A stretch of 64,000 nucleotides of DNA from positions 1,480 through 65,479 of the forward strand of contig CAVZAJ010000020.1 in the NCBI GenBank assembly GCA_963773295.1, read 5' to 3'. Source of the DNA: an uncultured Alphaproteobacteria bacterium. Its GTDB lineage: Bacteria > Pseudomonadota > Alphaproteobacteria > Rhizobiales > Aestuariivirgaceae. Positions 1 to 9,660 of the stretch are shown piece by piece. The position numbers were made by a program, and so were the translations under genes. Within the stretch, counting starts at the first letter, position 1. Every line of letters starts with the position of its first letter. The notes beneath the pieces are model-generated. The model was not told where the DNA came from and did not search any database. It saw only the letters and a program-made list of their open reading frames with translations.

Positions 1-165
1 TCCACTTGTCTTCGCTCGAAACCCGTCGAAATCCCGGTCGTTAACAATGCTTAATATCTAATAAACATCGTTAACTATCCAGCGACCGCTAAGATGTTAG
101 TAAATTATTAACCTTAACGGAGTCCATTTCCACCGCAAGATCGTGCCCGAATCAAGGCGGACACC

Positions 166-588
166 TCAGAATCTGTCGAGGCGCTTGCCGAAGCTGGTCA
201 CCGGGTTGACCTCGTAGCCCAGGCGCTCATAGAAGCGGCCAGCTTTCTCATTCTCGCTGCGCACCATGAGATTTATTTTCCACACCCCGCGCGCGCGCAG
301 CCAGGCTTCCGCAGCGGCAACGGTGGCCTTGCCAAATCCGCGTTTCTGAAACGCCGGGTCAACCGCGAGATAGTAGAGCGCGCCGCGGTGCCCGTCGTGG
401 CCAACCATCACCGAAGCAACCAGGCGGCCCTCAAGAAGGCCGACCAGAACCGCTGACGCCGAGCCGTTGCGCGCGAACTGAATGTCCTTGTACGGATCAT
501 TCCACGGGCGTGTTAATTCACAGGCCTTCCAAAGGCTTACGACGCTTTCCAGATTCACGTCCTGAACTTCGCGGAAGGTGAGTGTCAC
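166..588 (-). CDS. GNAT family acetyltransferase (YpeA-like)
   Basis: VMVGHDGHRGALYYLAV and QKRGFG acetyl-CoA motif; start overlaps the upstream stop. Confidence 0.85.
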   Translation of the reverse strand: MTLTFREVQDVNLESVVSLWKACELTRPWNDPYKDIQFARNGSASAVLVGLLEGRLVASVMVGHDGHRGALYYLAVDPAFQKRGFGKATVAAAEAWLRARGVWKINLMVRSENEKAGRFYERLGYEVNPVTSFGKRLDRF

Positions 589-1979
589 GGCAGCACCTTG
601 CCCGGGTTCATAATGTTGCTGGGATCGAAAAGATTTTTGAGGCCGCGCATCATCTGCAGTTCAACCGGTGACTTGATCTCCGCCATGTGATGTTTCTTCA
701 GGCGGCCGATGCCGTGCTCGGCGCTGATCGAGCCTTCGAATTTCAGCACGATGTCGAAGACCACCGCATTCATCTCATTCCACTGGTCGAGATATTTTTG
801 CTTGTCCATGCCCAGGGGCTGGCTCACGTTGAAGTGCAGGTTGCCGTCGCCCATGTGGCCGAAGGCCATGACCCGCGCCTGCGGCATGTAGTTTTCCACA
901 GCCCGGGTCGCCTCGATGATGAATTGCGGTATTCTTGAGACAGGCACCGAAACATCGTGCTTGATCGAGCCGCCCTCGAATTTCTGCGATTCGGGCATCA
1001 GCTCGCGGATCGCCCATAGCGCCTGCCGCTGGCCTTCCGATTGCGCCACCGTGGCGTCCGTCACCAGCCCCCGCGCCATGGCCTCTTCCAGGATGGCCTC
1101 GAAACTCCCGGCGGCGGGATCGGCCAGCTCGCTCAGCGCATACCACGGGGAAAATTCCGCCAGGGGATTGCTGATCCCCATGTGCTTCACGGTGAAATCC
1201 ATGGCAATCCGCGGCAGCAGCTCGAAGGCCACCACCCGGTTGCCGCTCATCTCCTTCGCCAGCCACAAAAGTTCGACCGCCGCCTGCGGCGAGGCGACCG
1301 CGATGAATGCCGTCTCGTGGGCCCGCGGCTTCGGATACAGCTTCAAAACGGCGGCGGTGATTACCCCAAGCGTTCCCTCCGCCCCGATGAACAGGTTCTT
1401 GAGATCATAGCCCGTATTGTCCTTGCGGAGCCGCCGCAAGCCGTTCCAGACGCGCCCGTCCGGCAGCACAACTTCCAGCCCCAAACAGAGGTCGCGCGCA
1501 TTGCCGTAAGCCAGCACGTTGAGTCCGCCCGCATTGGTGGAAAGATTGCCGCCGATCCGGCACGAGCCTTCCGAGGCCAGGCTCAGGGGAAACAAACGTC
1601 CCGCCTCATCGGCGGCCTCCTGCACCGATTTCAGCGTGGCGCCCGCCTGCACCGTCATGGTGCTGTCAGCCGCATCGACATTCAGGATCTTCGTCATGCG
1701 GTCGAGCGACAGCAGCAATTCCCCGCCTTCTTCAAAGGGGATCTGCCCGCCCACCAGCCCGGTATTGCCGGATTGCGGGACGATCGCCGTGCCCGTTTCG
1801 CTGGCGAGCTTGAGGATGCGCGAAACTTCCTCCGTGTTTGCAGGCCGCATCACCAGGGGCGATTTACCCACCCAGATCTCGCGCCATTCCCGCATATAGC
1901 CCGCCATGGAGGCGGCATCGCGAATGGCATGTTTCTCGCCCACGATGCCGGCGAATTGGTTCAATAGCTCTGGGGTCAT
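585..1979 (-). CDS. FAD-binding oxidoreductase, FAD-linked oxidase type 4 (D-2-hydroxyacid dehydrogenase-like)
   Basis: GNTGLVGG, IGGNLSTNAGG, GAEGTLG, GDGNLH, SAEHGIG and NPGK motifs. Confidence 0.9.
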   Translation of the reverse strand: MTPELLNQFAGIVGEKHAIRDAASMAGYMREWREIWVGKSPLVMRPANTEEVSRILKLASETGTAIVPQSGNTGLVGGQIPFEEGGELLLSLDRMTKILNVDAADSTMTVQAGATLKSVQEAADEAGRLFPLSLASEGSCRIGGNLSTNAGGLNVLAYGNARDLCLGLEVVLPDGRVWNGLRRLRKDNTGYDLKNLFIGAEGTLGVITAAVLKLYPKPRAHETAFIAVASPQAAVELLWLAKEMSGNRVVAFELLPRIAMDFTVKHMGISNPLAEFSPWYALSELADPAAGSFEAILEEAMARGLVTDATVAQSEGQRQALWAIRELMPESQKFEGGSIKHDVSVPVSRIPQFIIEATRAVENYMPQARVMAFGHMGDGNLHFNVSQPLGMDKQKYLDQWNEMNAVVFDIVLKFEGSISAEHGIGRLKKHHMAEIKSPVELQMMRGLKNLFDPSNIMNPGKVLP

Positions 1980-2911
1980 GTCTTGGGCCTCGGCGCCGCG
2001 GCGCGGCGTAAACGGTCATTGATGGCTTCACCCAGTCCCTCATGGGGGATGGGGGCAACCGCGATTGTCTTCACGTCCAGGCCATCCAGTTCATGCAGCA
2101 GGCGGAAGAGATTGGCGGCGGCCTCAATGACATCTCCCCGGGCCGAAAGCGTGTAGGGGCCGTGGTCATGGGAGCCGAAACCCAGATAGCTCTCACCCTT
2201 CTGCGGCGCCTTGGCCTCAAGGCGCAAAATCGCTTGCGGTGCATAATGGCTTTCCATCTGCCCCGGCGCATGGGGCTGGGCTGACGCAGCCTCGGCCTCG
2301 AGCTCGCGGCCCAGCACCTTTTCGATGTCATTGCGTGAGAGCCCGCCGGGACGCAGCAACGTGGCGCGCTTTCCCATGAAACTCACAACCGTAGATTCAA
2401 CCCCAACTGCGCAGGCCCCGCCATCCAGGATGACCGTCGCTTTTTTTCCAAGTCCACGTTTTACATGCGCCGCCGTGGTGGGGCTCACGCGCCCGGACAG
2501 ATTGGCGCTTGGCGCCACAACCGGCCGGTCAACGGCGCGCAGCAATTCCAGCGCCAGCGGATGATTGGGCACGCGCAGCGCAATGCTCGAAAGCCCGGCC
2601 GAGGCCAGCAGCGAAACCGGGCAGCCCTTGGCCCGCGCCACAACCACAGTTAAGGGTCCGGGCCAAAACGCCAGCGCCAGTTTTTTGGCCGCCGCCGAAA
2701 ATACCCCCAGCGCAAAGCCCGCCTCGGCGGCGTGGACATGCGAGATCAGCGGATTGAAACTGGGCCGCCCCTTGGCCGCAAAGAGCTTGGCCACCGCCGT
2801 GTCGCTGGTGGCGTCGGCCCCCAGCCCATATACCGTTTCCGTCGGGAACGCGACAAGCCCGCCGCTTTTCAACGCCTCCGCCGCCAGATTTATTTCAGTG
2901 GAATTCGTCAT
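1976..2911 (-). CDS. tsaC: L-threonylcarbamoyladenylate synthase (Sua5/TsaC)
   Basis: VAFPTETVYGL, KGRPSFNPLI, APSANLSG, C-terminal SUA5 domain with APGQMESHYAP; start placed at MTNST. Confidence 0.92.
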   Translation of the reverse strand: MTNSTEINLAAEALKSGGLVAFPTETVYGLGADATSDTAVAKLFAAKGRPSFNPLISHVHAAEAGFALGVFSAAAKKLALAFWPGPLTVVVARAKGCPVSLLASAGLSSIALRVPNHPLALELLRAVDRPVVAPSANLSGRVSPTTAAHVKRGLGKKATVILDGGACAVGVESTVVSFMGKRATLLRPGGLSRNDIEKVLGRELEAEAASAQPHAPGQMESHYAPQAILRLEAKAPQKGESYLGFGSHDHGPYTLSARGDVIEAAANLFRLLHELDGLDVKTIAVAPIPHEGLGEAINDRLRRAAAPRPKT

Positions 2912-2934
2912 GGAAGCCGCTCTATAGCAGGCAC

Positions 2935-3906
2935 ATGAATACAGTTCTATACACCCATCCCGCCTCAAGCCTTAATCATCTCACCCCTGAAGGCCACCCC
3001 GAACGGGTGGACCGCATCAAGGTCATCAACAAGATCCTCGAATCGCCCCATTTTGCCGGGCTGAAACGCCAACTGGCGCCCTTGGGCAAGGAAGAGGATA
3101 TTCTCCGCGCCCACACCCAGGAGCATCTCCATCACATTCAGTCTATGTCCCCGGAAGAGGGCGTGGAATATGTCGATCCCGATACGGTGATGTCCGCGGG
3201 TTCCCTCGAAGCCGCACTCCGCGCCGTGGGTGCCGCCACCGCCGCCGTCGATGCGGTCTTCACCGGCAAGGCCGACAATGCCTTCTGTGCGCTCCGCCCG
3301 CCCGGCCACCATGCGGAATCACGCAAGCCCATGGGCTTCTGCCTGTTCAATCAGGTGGCCATCGCCGCCCACTATGCGCGGGCCCGCTATGATGCGGAGC
3401 GCGTCGCCGTCGTCGATTTCGATGTCCATCATGGCAACGGCACCCAGGAGATATTCTGGTCCGATCCCAACCTGTTCTACGGCTCCACCCACCAGATGCC
3501 GCTTTATCCCGGTTCGGGCGCCAGCAATGAAACCGGCGTCGGTAATATCTTCAATGCGCCGCTCCGCGCCGGCGATGGCAGCGTGCAGTTCCGCGATGCC
3601 ATGCGCAGCATCATCCTCCCCGCCCTTGATGATTTCGCCCCTGATCTGGTGCTCATCTCGGCGGGCTTCGATGCCCACCACGCCGATCCGCTGGGCAGCC
3701 TGCAATTGAGCGAGGAGGATTTCGCCTGGGCCACGCTGGAACTCATGGGCGCCGCGGATGCCCATGCCGAAGGCCGCGTTGTGTCGGTTCTGGAAGGCGG
3801 CTATGATTTGCAGGGGCTGGCGGCATCCGTTGCCATCCATGTGCAGGCCCTCATGCGGGGCACCGATGCGCTCGACCAGGACGATGACGAGGATGATGAG
3901 ACATGA
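2935..3906 (+). CDS. Histone deacetylase family protein
   Basis: [34 protein letters not shown] and LEGGY motifs. Confidence 0.92.
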   Translation: MNTVLYTHPASSLNHLTPEGHPERVDRIKVINKILESPHFAGLKRQLAPLGKEEDILRAHTQEHLHHIQSMSPEEGVEYVDPDTVMSAGSLEAALRAVGAATAAVDAVFTGKADNAFCALRPPGHHAESRKPMGFCLFNQVAIAAHYARARYDAERVAVVDFDVHHGNGTQEIFWSDPNLFYGSTHQMPLYPGSGASNETGVGNIFNAPLRAGDGSVQFRDAMRSIILPALDDFAPDLVLISAGFDAHHADPLGSLQLSEEDFAWATLELMGAADAHAEGRVVSVLEGGYDLQGLAASVAIHVQALMRGTDALDQDDDEDDET

Positions 3907-4148
3907 CGAAATTTCCGGAAATTGCCGCGCTGCCCTTCGAAAAGGCCCTGGCCCAGCTTGAGGAAATCGTCTCGAAACTCGAGTCCGGCAAGGTCGACCT
4001 GGAGCAGTCCATCGCCATCTACGAAAAAGGCCAGGCCCTGAAAGAGCATTGCGAAAAGCAGCTGAAGGATGCCGAAGCCCGCATCGAAAAAATCACCCTG
4101 AAGCCCGATGGCAAGCCATCCGGAACGGCGCCCCTGGACGTGGAGTGA
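3903..4148 (+). CDS. xseB: Exodeoxyribonuclease VII small subunit
   Basis: [29 protein letters not shown] pattern, 81 aa. Confidence 0.95.
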   Translation: MTKFPEIAALPFEKALAQLEEIVSKLESGKVDLEQSIAIYEKGQALKEHCEKQLKDAEARIEKITLKPDGKPSGTAPLDVE

Positions 4149-4879
4149 CACGCCACCGCCTCGATGAACTCCTGGTTCAGCGCGGGCATTATTCCTCCCG
4201 TTCCCGCGCCAGGGATGCCATCGCCCGCGGCACCGTGTCCGTCGATGGCGTCGTGGCGGCCAAGCCGGCGCAGAACACCAGCCCGGAAGCCCGCATCGAA
4301 ATTCGCGACGAAGCGCGAGCCTATGTCTCGCGCTCCGCCCTCAAGCTCAAAAGCGGAATCAATGTCTTCAATATCTCCGTCAGGGGTCTGAATTGCCTCG
4401 ATATTGGCGCCTCCACCGGAGGCTTCACCCAAGTCCTGCTGGAGCAGGGCGCCGCCCATGTCACTGCCATTGATGTAGGCCACGGCCAGTTCGATGCATC
4501 GCTGATCTCAAATCCAAAGGTGACATCCATCGAAGGCCTCAACGCCCGCGATCTCGCCGCCGATCATCTCAAGCACAAGATCGATTTCATCGTCTGCGAC
4601 GTCAGTTTCATCTCCCTGAAACTCGCCCTGCCGAAAGCCCTGGCCCTCGTAGAATCCGGAGCCCAACTCCTCGCCCTCATCAAACCCCAGTTCGAAGCCG
4701 GCCGCGGTGCGATCGGCCGCGGCGGCATCGTCAGCGACCCGCAAGAGCACGAACGGGTCTGCAAGGAAATCTCCGAATTCCTGGCGGCCGAAAACTGGAA
4801 AGTCACCGGCCTTGCCCCATCCTCACTCGAAGGCGGCGACGGCAACAGGGAATTCCTGATTGCGGCGGTGAAGCTCTAA
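4145..4879 (+). CDS. tlyA: TlyA family RNA methyltransferase
   Basis: S4 domain [45 protein letters not shown]; GTG start overlaps the xseB stop. Confidence 0.92.
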   Translation: MTRHRLDELLVQRGHYSSRSRARDAIARGTVSVDGVVAAKPAQNTSPEARIEIRDEARAYVSRSALKLKSGINVFNISVRGLNCLDIGASTGGFTQVLLEQGAAHVTAIDVGHGQFDASLISNPKVTSIEGLNARDLAADHLKHKIDFIVCDVSFISLKLALPKALALVESGAQLLALIKPQFEAGRGAIGRGGIVSDPQEHERVCKEISEFLAAENWKVTGLAPSSLEGGDGNREFLIAAVKL

Positions 4880-4887
4880 CCACCATT

Positions 4888-4943
4888 CGTCATGCCGGCG
4901 AAAGCCGGAATGTCCATCGGATTCGGCTTTCGCCGGAATGACG
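4888..4943. repeat. Short palindromic REP/RIME-like element
   Basis: CGTCATGCCGGCGAAAGCCGG...TTCGGCTTTCGCCGGAATGACG long imperfect inverted repeat right after the tlyA stop. Confidence 0.7.
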
Positions 4944-4984
4944 GAGTTGGGAGTGATTCACGTTTCAATGAGCATCGGGCATAG

Positions 4985-5347
4985 CTTCGCCGGGGGTGAA
5001 AACGGTTATGCCGTTTCCGGGACAGGCGAGAAAGAAGCGAAGGGTTGCGTGGACGCAAACACTCGCAGAAATGCCGGTCGTGTAGTCCGGCGGTTGGCGC
5101 TTGCTCGCGCCCACGCTTTTGCGGCGGTTTTTGCCTCGGGGAAGATCTTGCAGAGCCCTAGATCGCACGGTGTCTGAAGTTTTCCGCTAGGGTTGTTTAG
5201 CCATTTAAGACGCATTGGGTCGTAATGCCCAAGGGCCCTCCCTCCGGCTCCCGGGTGCCTGAGTGAACGTTTCACCAGACCCGCAGGCGCCACATCCACC
5301 CCATCTATGATCACCGTCGCGACCGAGACCCCTTCCGGGATGGACAG
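4985..5347 (-). ncRNA. Candidate structured non-coding RNA or non-autonomous repeat element
   Basis: At least 8 helices readable by eye, directly downstream of a TTGACA promoter; no credible protein; ends approximate. Confidence 0.5.
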
Positions 5348-5398
5348 GAACATAAATGGCATAATAGGAATATAGTGTCAAGGGGATTTATTCTTATT
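5348..5398 (-). promoter_or_regulatory. Sigma70-like promoter with operator-like inverted repeat; 35-bp core repeated at 43416-43450
   Basis: Minus strand CTTGACACTATATTCCTATTATGCCATTTATGTTC; IR AATAGGAATA (5363-5372) / TATTCTTATT (5389-5398) flanks the -35. Confidence 0.6.
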
Positions 5399-5448
5399 TT
5401 TAGCCCCATCTCCTAGCGGAGGGGTGGATAGAAGCAAGTGCAGAGACG

Positions 5449-6534
5449 CTAACCCATCTGCGCCCGGTGCCGCAGGAAATGATCCGCCAGCACCAGCGCC
5501 ATCATCGCTTCCGCCACCGGAACGGCGCGGATGCCGACGCAGGGGTCGTGGCGGCCCTTGGTCGAGATGTCCGTGTTCGTGCCCTGCGCCGTGACCGTCT
5601 GCCGCGAGGTGAGGATGGAGGAGGTGGGCTTCACCGCCATCCGCACCACAATGTCCTGGCCGCTTGAAATGCCGCCCAGAATGCCGCCCGCATGGTTGGA
5701 GAGAAACTCCGGCTTGCCATGGCGCATGCGGATTTCATCGGCATTCTGCTCGCCCGAGAATGCCGCCGCCGCAAAGCCGGCGCCGATCTCAACCCCTTTT
5801 ACCGCGTTGATGCTCATCATCGCCGCCGCCAGATCCTGGTCGAGCTTGCCGTAAACCGGCGCACCCCAGCCGGCCGGCACACCCGAAGCCGTCACTTCAA
5901 CAACCGCGCCGCAGGAAGACCCGGCCTTGCGCACTCCATCGAGATAGTCTTCCCACTGCGCCGCCGCCTTTGCGTCCGGCGCGAAAAAGGGATTTTTGTG
6001 CACCTCGGCCCAGTCCCAGTTTTTGTAATCGATCTTGTGCGCGCCCATCTGCACCAGCGCGCCGCGAATGGTCACCCCCGGAACAACTTTCCGCGCCACC
6101 GCACCGGCCGCCACCCGTGCTGCCGTTTCGCGCGCCGAAGAGCGTCCGCCGCCGCGATAGTCGCGCAAGCCGTATTTCGCCTGATAGGTCAGGTCCGCAT
6201 GGCCCGGGCGGAACTTGTCGCGGATCTCCGTATAATCCTTGGAGCGCTGGTCCACATTTTCGATCATCAGCATGATCGGCGTGCCGGTGGTCACCTGGCC
6301 ATCGGTACGGTCATCCTGAAACACGCCTGAGAGGATTTTCACCGCGTCCGGCTCCTGCCGCTGCGTGGTGAAGCGGCTTTGCCCCGGCCGGCGCTTGTCG
6401 AGATAGCCCTGAATGTCGTCAACCGAAAGCTTGATTCCCGGCGGGCAGCCATCCACCACGCAGCCCATCGCTGGCCCGTGGCTTTCCCCAAAGGTCGTCA
6501 TGCGGAAGAGATGGCCGAAGGTATTGTGTGACAT
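5449..6534 (-). CDS. aroC: Chorismate synthase
   Basis: [29 protein letters not shown] and GRHDPC motifs. Confidence 0.98.
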   Translation of the reverse strand: MSHNTFGHLFRMTTFGESHGPAMGCVVDGCPPGIKLSVDDIQGYLDKRRPGQSRFTTQRQEPDAVKILSGVFQDDRTDGQVTTGTPIMLMIENVDQRSKDYTEIRDKFRPGHADLTYQAKYGLRDYRGGGRSSARETAARVAAGAVARKVVPGVTIRGALVQMGAHKIDYKNWDWAEVHKNPFFAPDAKAAAQWEDYLDGVRKAGSSCGAVVEVTASGVPAGWGAPVYGKLDQDLAAAMMSINAVKGVEIGAGFAAAAFSGEQNADEIRMRHGKPEFLSNHAGGILGGISSGQDIVVRMAVKPTSSILTSRQTVTAQGTNTDISTKGRHDPCVGIRAVPVAEAMMALVLADHFLRHRAQMG

Positions 6535-6543
6535 GAAAATGTT

Positions 6544-7149
6544 TTAGGGTGCCAGCGGCGTCCCGTCAAACCACTCTGCGGCGCCATCGGCAATCCGGCA
6601 AAACCGCCCCTGGTGCATGCGAATCTCCACCAGCTCGCGCATGGTCATGTGGGTGATATGCCCAATCAGGCAGCGCCCGATTGCCCCGTGCGAAACCACC
6701 ACCGTGGGATCCTGGATGCCGGCCAGCCATTGGCGCAGGCGCTCCTGCCCGTCAGCGTAACTTTCGCCGCCCTCGGGCCGCCAGGAATAGCGCGTTTCCG
6801 GATCAGCGGGATAAATCGGCGAAGCCTTGAGTTCCCAGAAGGGCCTGCCTTCCCAAACTCCAAACCCAAGCTCCTTGAGGGCGGGGGAAACCGAAACATG
6901 GCTCTCAGGCAGCGCCAGCGCCTCCGAAATATAAGCCATGGTCTGCCGCGTCCGGCCCAGCGGGCTCACCGCAAAGCGGCAGTCGCTGGTCACTTCCGGG
7001 TGCGCTAGAAACGCCCGCGCCACATCCTGCGCCTGCGCGTGGCCCGTCTCGTTCAGCGGTATATCGGTCCAGCCCTGAATGAGACCCAAGCGATTCCATT
7101 CGGTCTCTCCGTGGCGCACGAAATAAATGGGTGGCAGCGTCTCATTCAC
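6544..7149 (-). CDS. Histidine phosphatase family protein
   Basis: RHGETEWN, GES and VSHG motifs; probable GTG start overlapping the end of fabI. Confidence 0.88.
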   Translation of the reverse strand: MNETLPPIYFVRHGETEWNRLGLIQGWTDIPLNETGHAQAQDVARAFLAHPEVTSDCRFAVSPLGRTRQTMAYISEALALPESHVSVSPALKELGFGVWEGRPFWELKASPIYPADPETRYSWRPEGGESYADGQERLRQWLAGIQDPTVVVSHGAIGRCLIGHITHMTMRELVEIRMHQGRFCRIADGAAEWFDGTPLAP

Positions 7150-7966
7150 CGTTGGAGGCAACACTCATGTCAGGGGCCGTCGGGTTTTTCATGCCGACAA
7201 TATGATAGCCCGAGTCCACATGGAGAATTTCGCCGGTCACCCCGCGCGAAAGATCAGACAGAAGATAGAAGCCGCTGTCGCCCACTTCTTCCGTGGTCAC
7301 CGTGCGCCGCAGTGGCGAATTATATTCGTTCCATTTCAGGATGTAGCGGAAGTCGCCGATGCCGGAAGCGGCCAGCGTCTTGATCGGTCCGGCGGAAATG
7401 GCGTTGACCCGGATGTTCTTCGGCCCCAAATCCGCCGCCATGTAGCGCACCGAGGCTTCCAGGGCCGCCTTGGCGACGCCCATCACATTGTAATGCGGCA
7501 TCCATTTCTCGGCCCCGTAATAGGTGAGGGTCAGCAGCGAGCCGCCCTCGGTCATCAGCTTTTCGGCGCGCTGGGCGATTGCCGTGAAGCTGTAGCAGGA
7601 GATGAACATGGTCTTGCTGAAGTTGTCAGCACTGGTATCGACATAACGTCCCGTAAGTTCATCCTTGTCGGAAAAGGCGATGGCGTGCACCACGAAGTCC
7701 AGCCGCCCCCAGGCCTTTTCGATAGCCGCGAACGTCGCATCAACCGAGGCCATGTCGGTCACATCGCAGGGCACCACCAGCTTGGCGCCGATTTCAGCGG
7801 CCAGCGGCTCAACCCGTTTCTTGATGGCGTCGCCCTGATAGGTAAAGGCCAGTTCCGCCCCATGCCGGGCGCAGGCCTGCGCAATGCCCCAGGCGATCGA
7901 GCGGCTGTTGGCAACGCCCATGATCAGCCCGCGTTTGCCAGCCATCAAGCCTTTGGTATCGTTCAT
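7142..7966 (-). CDS. fabI: Enoyl-ACP reductase
   Basis: GVANSRSIAWGIA, YNVMGVAKAALE and SAGPIKTLA motifs. Confidence 0.97.
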   Translation of the reverse strand: MNDTKGLMAGKRGLIMGVANSRSIAWGIAQACARHGAELAFTYQGDAIKKRVEPLAAEIGAKLVVPCDVTDMASVDATFAAIEKAWGRLDFVVHAIAFSDKDELTGRYVDTSADNFSKTMFISCYSFTAIAQRAEKLMTEGGSLLTLTYYGAEKWMPHYNVMGVAKAALEASVRYMAADLGPKNIRVNAISAGPIKTLAASGIGDFRYILKWNEYNSPLRRTVTTEEVGDSGFYLLSDLSRGVTGEILHVDSGYHIVGMKNPTAPDMSVASNGE

Positions 7967-8039
7967 GATTTTCCCTGAGCATAGCGAGTTGCGGCACGCA
8001 ACCAGCCGCTTCAGCGCTATTTGGCATAGTTAAGCAGGG

Positions 8040-8076
8040 AAAGAAAGGGCGGGGCCTGCGGTTTAAGCTCCCGCCC
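8040..8076 (-). terminator. Probable intrinsic terminator of the DUF4242-GFA operon
   Basis: GGGCGGG/CCCGCCC stem followed on the minus strand by TTTCTTT. Confidence 0.55.
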
Positions 8077-8085
8077 GTTCCGATT

Positions 8086-8520
8086 TTATTCCGCCATGAG
8101 CACGCCGGAACCGCCCATTTCCTTCGGCACGTCCTTCTGCTTCGGCAAGCCGTCCTTCATGGGCAGCACCGTCTCCTGGTAATGCACATGCACGCCGGGT
8201 TTGAACTTCACCGAAGGAATGACGGCGGCATAGACATCCACCAGCTTCCAGTGCGGATGATCGGTGAAGAGATGCCCGCCGCATGTCTTGCACCACTTCC
8301 GCAGGCTCTTGTCGGTCTTGTGATGGACCTCGATGTTGGCCGCTCCCTTGGTGATCTTAAGCGCATCGAGCGGCCATAGCGTAAAGGCGTTCACCGGCCC
8401 GGCCGACCATTCCCGGCAGGAACTGCAGTGGCAATAGCCCATGGCGGCCGGTTCCCCGGCTACGGTAAACTCAACCGTGCCGCAGAAGCACTTTCCCTTG
8501 GTGGTCGTTGCAGTAGTCAT
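8086..8520 (-). CDS. GFA (glutathione-dependent formaldehyde-activating/CENP-V) family Zn protein
   Basis: CFCG...CHCSSC...CKTCG cysteine pattern. Confidence 0.88.
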   Translation of the reverse strand: MTTATTTKGKCFCGTVEFTVAGEPAAMGYCHCSSCREWSAGPVNAFTLWPLDALKITKGAANIEVHHKTDKSLRKWCKTCGGHLFTDHPHWKLVDVYAAVIPSVKFKPGVHVHYQETVLPMKDGLPKQKDVPKEMGGSGVLMAE

Positions 8521-8583
8521 ATAGGTCTTCCTTTCAAAGTTGCAGATGTTCAATTGGTCGTTGGTTGAGTCGTCAGGTGATCG

Positions 8584-8796
8584 CTACCGCGGCGGATAGG
8601 TCCGGTTGGCGATCCTCTCAATGTCGGCGCGGGCGATGCCCATGTCCTTCAGCATGTAGTCGTCCATCCTGCCCAGCGCCGCGCGTATCCGTCGGCGCTC
8701 AATCGCTGCGTTGATTGCCGCCCCGACGGTGCGGAGAAAATTTGGCTTGGCCTGCATGAAGTTTGCGGCAGACTTGACTGGCATTTCGCGCTCCAA
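8584..8796 (-). CDS. DUF1127 small protein
   Basis: RRRIRAALGRMDDYMLKDMGIARADI matches the DUF1127 pattern; start uncertain. Confidence 0.8.
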   Translation of the reverse strand: MEREMPVKSAANFMQAKPNFLRTVGAAINAAIERRRIRAALGRMDDYMLKDMGIARADIERIANRTYPPR

Positions 8797-8806
8797 AGCC
8801 TGTGCG

Positions 8807-9307
8807 CTAGTGGGCTTCGCCGTGCATGGCGTCGCAGCTCACATTCGGATTGTTGTCGGCAAACGCTCCGGTCGGGTTGGGCCGCCAGGCCCAGACATGC
8901 AGCTCATAGAACTTGTCCAGCCCATAACGGTTCGGCTCGGTCACGAAGTTGAACAGGTGGCCATCCAGCGCCGCCGGCCCCTTGAAGGCGATGTATTCAA
9001 CCGCCACAAGGTCCATCTTTCCATCGGCCGTCGGCTCGTACATGACAGCCTCGGGCTTTGCGATATCAACGACACCGTCCTTGAGAAGCGCGCCGTTCAC
9101 GTAATGCACGCCCATGGCGCCGCCCTGCAGGCCGCTGGCGCAGGGGATCGGCGCATAGCCTTCGGCCACTGCCGCTGCCACGTCCTTGAAGCGGTCATTG
9201 GCGGCGCGTACCTTGTCGACCAGCGGATTGGCGTCGCCGGCCAGTGCCGGCGCGGCTGCAAGCAGGGTTAAAAGGGCAAGGCCCGTCGGCAAACGAAAAG
9301 TTTTCAT
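8807..9307 (-). CDS. Secreted conserved hypothetical protein
   Basis: Signal peptide; GAMGVHY, PEAVMYEP, LVAVEY and LHVWAW..NP.G.F..NP.VSC motifs; SD AGGAG. Confidence 0.8.
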   Translation of the reverse strand: MKTFRLPTGLALLTLLAAAPALAGDANPLVDKVRAANDRFKDVAAAVAEGYAPIPCASGLQGGAMGVHYVNGALLKDGVVDIAKPEAVMYEPTADGKMDLVAVEYIAFKGPAALDGHLFNFVTEPNRYGLDKFYELHVWAWRPNPTGAFADNNPNVSCDAMHGEAH

Positions 9308-9326
9308 TGTATTCTCCTGTTTGAAT

Positions 9327-9602
9327 CTAGTTGCGTGCGGTCGTGGGATCGAAGATCCCCGTCACTTCGGTGATCCGGTTTGCGGGAAAGCCGCTGATTT
9401 CGGCATGGCGCTTTATCAGCGCCTCGTCCTTGGCCAGGTAGATGCAGAAGGTCTGCTCGCCCGTCACATAGCTGTGCACCCATTGGATATCCGGACCGAG
9501 CTTGGCGAGCGCCGCGTTTGAAGTCTTTGCCGCCCCGCCAAGCTGGCCGGGGGTGAAGGATCCTACCTTCGGGATTTCTCGTTCAATTACAAATCTGCGC
9601 AT
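9327..9602 (-). CDS. DUF4242 domain protein (SCO4226-like)
   Basis: FVIEREIP, IQWVHSYV, TFCIYLA and HAEISGFPANRITEV motifs. Confidence 0.85.
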   Translation of the reverse strand: MRRFVIEREIPKVGSFTPGQLGGAAKTSNAALAKLGPDIQWVHSYVTGEQTFCIYLAKDEALIKRHAEISGFPANRITEVTGIFDPTTARN

Positions 9603-9660
9603 GTCTTTCTTTCGATGTTTCAGTGTTGAATAGGGATGGCTCTGACCATCAGTTCGCCGC

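Noticed and set aside
5006-5362. 118-aa minus-strand ORF in the tlyA-aroC gap
   Set aside because: Its start lies inside the promoter motif, there is no SD and no recognisable domain; the region is better explained as structured RNA
5348-5382. Shared 35-mer as an alphaproteobacterial LexA box
   Set aside because: It contains GTTC/ATTC half-sites but no GTTC-N7-GTTC in either copy; SOS control is unsupported, though not excluded
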